DNA of 19,110 nt, taken from UHGV virus genome UHGV-0048443; one strand, given 5' to 3'. Below are positions 16,587 through 19,110 of this stretch, in pieces; within the stretch, counting starts at the first letter, position 1; each line of letters begins with the position of its first letter. The translations under genes were made by a program, and so were the position numbers. The notes under the pieces were generated by a model. The model was given only the letters and a program-made list of their open reading frames with translations, made no database searches and was not told where the DNA came from. The stretch is from a virus.

Positions 16587-16749
16587 AACCCCCCAGCCAG
16601 ATTTACCCGACCCGTTTACGTGGGGAGCCAGCCTTAACCTGAATGTTGCGTTGTTGTCAGCGTTAGCACAGTGCAACAGGGATAAGGCTGATATCAGGAC
16701 TTTTGAGAAAAACAGGGCAGCACAAACTAATGGCACGATTAAACGTTGA
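16471..16749 (+). CDS. o-spanin (Rz1-like lipoprotein), about 92 aa
   Basis: Signal peptide with lipobox LSGC (MMIALFVSFLLAQLSG-C) and a proline-rich mature region; begins inside Rz in a different frame and runs past the Rz stop. Confidence 0.55.
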   Translation: MMIALFVSFLLAQLSGCTSTRTVYVSVPVVPLPASLTDETPQPDLPDPFTWGASLNLNVALLSALAQCNRDKADIRTFEKNRAAQTNGTIKR

Positions 16750-16915
16750 AGTTATCCCACCAGACAGCGAAACGATGAACGGGATTTTTGCAGAGATTGA
16801 ACGTAAATATGCGCATCAGCCGATGACGCCAAAAGTTATCGATGAAATGCAACGCGAAGCGGCGCGCCTTGTACGGCGAGCGACAAACACGAAGGTTACG
16901 TTCGTTCGGGACTGA
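16730..16915 (+). CDS. Small hypothetical protein (61 aa; MARLNVEVIPPDSETMNGIFAEIERKYAHQPM...)
   Basis: ORF between the spanins and terS; weak SD. The ORF-track start at 16703 is a TTG codon. Confidence 0.35.
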   Translation: MARLNVEVIPPDSETMNGIFAEIERKYAHQPMTPKVIDEMQREAARLVRRATNTKVTFVRD

Positions 16916-16954
16916 CATTACAGAAGCTCCTTTGATAAGGGGCTTCTGTAATGT
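16915..16954. promoter_or_regulatory. Long hairpin: 13-bp perfect inverted repeat ACATTACAGAAGC ... GCTTCTGTAATGT with a 14-nt loop
   Basis: Seen directly; begins at the stop of the small ORF and ends 19 nt before the terS start; no T-run follows. Confidence 0.45.
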
Positions 16955-16972
16955 CACTAAGAGGAAAAATTC

Positions 16973-17722
16973 ATGGCAAAACCGGACTGGGAGGCCATCG
17001 AATCGGCATACCGGGCCGGAGTCCTTAGCCTCCGTGATATAGGCGAGAAATACGGCGTAACAGAAGGGGCTATCAGGAAGAGGGCTAAAAAGCTTGGTTG
17101 GGTACGCAGTGGCGGTACGCAGGTTTGCAAAAATGGTACGCAAAAAAGAAAAGTGCGTACCAGCAGAAAGCCTGCCATTACTGGCCTTACACAAAAAGGT
17201 ACGCAACCAAAAACAGAAGCTACACCGGATACGAAACCGATACGCGGAATGCGTACCGATCCCCCGACTAACCCATTCCAACCCGGTAACCAGCAGGCAT
17301 TAAAACACGGTGGTTATGCCCGTCGCCTTCTGCTCAAAGATGAGGTGATAGAGGACGCTAAAGCGTTGACGCTCGAGGACGAATTATTTCGCCTTCGTGC
17401 TAACAACCTTGTCGCTGCAGAGAATATTGGTCGGTGGCTGGTGTCGCTGGAAGATGCTAATGGGGACCAGGAAAGGAAGATGCTGATGGAAAATATCAGC
17501 GCCGCCGAGAAAGCAATGATGCGCAATACAGTTCGTATTGAGTCCATCGTTGGCACGCTTGCGACGGTAGGAAAAATATTTGCTGATACAGCCTACCGCA
17601 AGGCCGCCACTGATAAGGTGTCTCTGGAGGCTGATCGTCTTCGCCGTGATGCAGGTATTGATGATGGCAATGGAGAGCGTGACCTCAATGACTTCTACTC
17701 TGACATCCAAACCGACGCTTAA
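16973..17722 (+). CDS. Terminase small subunit (249 aa)
   Basis: N-terminal HTH (LSLRDIGEKYGVTEGAIRKRAKKLGW), basic linker, C-terminal oligomerisation-like region; GAGGA SD; directly upstream of and overlapping the large terminase gene. Confidence 0.7.
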   Translation: MAKPDWEAIESAYRAGVLSLRDIGEKYGVTEGAIRKRAKKLGWVRSGGTQVCKNGTQKRKVRTSRKPAITGLTQKGTQPKTEATPDTKPIRGMRTDPPTNPFQPGNQQALKHGGYARRLLLKDEVIEDAKALTLEDELFRLRANNLVAAENIGRWLVSLEDANGDQERKMLMENISAAEKAMMRNTVRIESIVGTLATVGKIFADTAYRKAATDKVSLEADRLRRDAGIDDGNGERDLNDFYSDIQTDA

Positions 17723-19091
17723 TCCGGCTTTACGTAGTTTCTGGACTACGCGGGCACGTAACAAAGTGCTTTATGGTGGCCGGTCATCGTCAAAATCATG
17801 GGATGCCGCTGGCATTGCCATATTTCTGTCGAATAAATACACCCTGCGTTTTTGTTGTGCCCGTCAGATCCAGAACAAAATCGAAGAGTCGGTGTATACC
17901 CTGCTCAAAATTCAGATAGACAGGTTTGGCCTGCGGCACCGTTTCCGTATTCTGAACAACAAAATCATTAACCGGGTTACTGGCTCGGAATTTGTTTTTT
18001 ATGGATTATGGCGCAACATCGAAGAAATTAAGTCACTGGAGGGGATCGATGTGTTGTGGCTGGAAGAAGCCCACGCACTGACGGAATACCAGTGGAAAAT
18101 TCTGGAGCCAACGATCCGTAAAGAGGGGTCGGAATGCTGGTTCATATTCAACCCCGGACTTGTTACTGATTTCGTCTGGCGCAACTTCGTTGTTGATCCG
18201 CCCGAAGGCACTCTCATCCGCAAAATTAACTATGACGAAAATCCGTTTCTGTCTGACACCATGCTTAAGGTTATCGACGCGGCGCGACGCCGTGATCCGG
18301 ATGGTTTTAAACATGTGTATGAGGGCGTTCCGGAGTCTGATGATGATGCGGCAATCATCAAACTGTCCTGGATAGAAGCCGCAGTGGATGCGCACAAAAC
18401 GTTAAATTTCGAACCCAGTGGAAGAAAGCGTATTGGCTTTGACGTGGCTGACAGTGGTACAGATAAGTGCGCTAACGTTTACCGTCACGGATCCGTTGTT
18501 TTCTGGGCCGACGAATGGAAGGCCAAAGAAGATGAATTATTGAAGAGCTGCCAGCGTACTTATCAGGCGGCGCTGGAGCGTGAAGCAGATATTGTTTACG
18601 ACTCTATCGGTGTTGGTGCGTCTGCCGGTGCTAAATTCTCTGAAATTAACGCTGACCGGAAGAGCGAGAATGCATACGCGAGACGTGTGAATTACCAGAG
18701 GTTTAACGCCGGTGCTGGTGTGCATGAGCCAGATGACGAATACAACGGCATCCCCAACAAAGACTTTTTCGCAAATCTTAAGGCTCAGGCATGGTGGCTG
18801 GTGGCTGACCGTTTCAGAAATACGTTTAACGCCATTAACAACGGAGAACAGTATCCTGTGGATGAGCTGATCAGCATAGATTCTCGTTGTCCGTTGCTTG
18901 AAAAGCTGAAACTGGAACTGACAACACCTCATCGCGATTTTGACCGTAACGGACGTGTGATGGTCGAAAGTAAAAAAGACCTCGCAAAACGCGAGATACC
19001 GTCACCAAACGTTGCTGACGCATTCATTATGGCCTTCGCGCCAATTGATACATCGCTGGATATCTGGGAACAGCTGGGGAGACAGGCCTGA
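17688..19091 (+). CDS. Terminase large subunit (ATPase plus nuclease), about 467 aa
   Basis: Walker A VLYGGRSSSKSW and Walker B-like DVLWLEEAH in the N-terminal half; acidic nuclease-like C-terminal half. Start set at ATG 17688 (overlaps the terS 3' end); the ORF track extends further upstream. Confidence 0.8.
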   Translation: MTSTLTSKPTLNPALRSFWTTRARNKVLYGGRSSSKSWDAAGIAIFLSNKYTLRFCCARQIQNKIEESVYTLLKIQIDRFGLRHRFRILNNKIINRVTGSEFVFYGLWRNIEEIKSLEGIDVLWLEEAHALTEYQWKILEPTIRKEGSECWFIFNPGLVTDFVWRNFVVDPPEGTLIRKINYDENPFLSDTMLKVIDAARRRDPDGFKHVYEGVPESDDDAAIIKLSWIEAAVDAHKTLNFEPSGRKRIGFDVADSGTDKCANVYRHGSVVFWADEWKAKEDELLKSCQRTYQAALEREADIVYDSIGVGASAGAKFSEINADRKSENAYARRVNYQRFNAGAGVHEPDDEYNGIPNKDFFANLKAQAWWLVADRFRNTFNAINNGEQYPVDELISIDSRCPLLEKLKLELTTPHRDFDRNGRVMVESKKDLAKREIPSPNVADAFIMAFAPIDTSLDIWEQLGRQA

Positions 19092-19110
19092 TGGCACGAA
19101 ACAAACAAGC

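Noticed and set aside
16957-17764. Minus-strand ORFs (73-180 aa) across terS and the terL start
   Set aside because: Antisense to the terminase genes, which have clear HTH and Walker motifs.
1-19110. CRISPR arrays, IS elements or integrase/attachment sites
   Set aside because: No regularly spaced direct repeats, no transposase-like or integrase-like ORF and no terminal inverted repeats. The window appears to lie entirely inside the prophage.

Overview
This window is the central part of a Rac-like lambdoid prophage, of the kind found in E. coli/Shigella, read from the early-left recombination operon through to the start of the packaging genes. All calls rest on reading the translated ORFs and the raw sequence by eye and from memory of known families; no database search or folding was run. 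Left to right: the minus-strand operon recT / recE / racC / ydaE / kilR / small DUF1391-like gene; a lambda-style immunity module (racR-like repressor, divergent from Cro-like ydaS and ydaT); replication genes ydaU (O-like) and ydaV (DnaC-like loader); a nin-like block of six hypothetical genes; a small-peptide island with a complete hok/mok-type toxin locus; rem-like, DUF1367-like and DUF1364-like genes and a Q-type antiterminator; a candidate late promoter with a short terminated leader; an ORF6N/KilA-N gene; then the lysis cassette (lambda S-like holin, lambda R-like endolysin, overlapping Rz/Rz1 spanins) and small and large terminase subunits. Two N-runs interrupt the holin and endolysin genes and look like unmerged assembly joins. 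No tRNA, rRNA, CRISPR array or IS element was recognised. The most interesting unexplained signals are (1) a 19-bp dyad GTAACGC-N5-GCGTTAC repeated in and just upstream of ydaU, (2) AACAC-N5-GTGTT dyads on both sides of the repressor gene, (3) a standalone hok/mok locus with a candidate antisense (Sok-like) promoter, preceded by two unannotated small hydrophobic-peptide ORFs, and (4) a 13-bp perfect inverted repeat just upstream of the terminase genes. I could not identify a clearly novel multi-gene system with confidence; the nin-like block and the small-peptide island are where I would look first.
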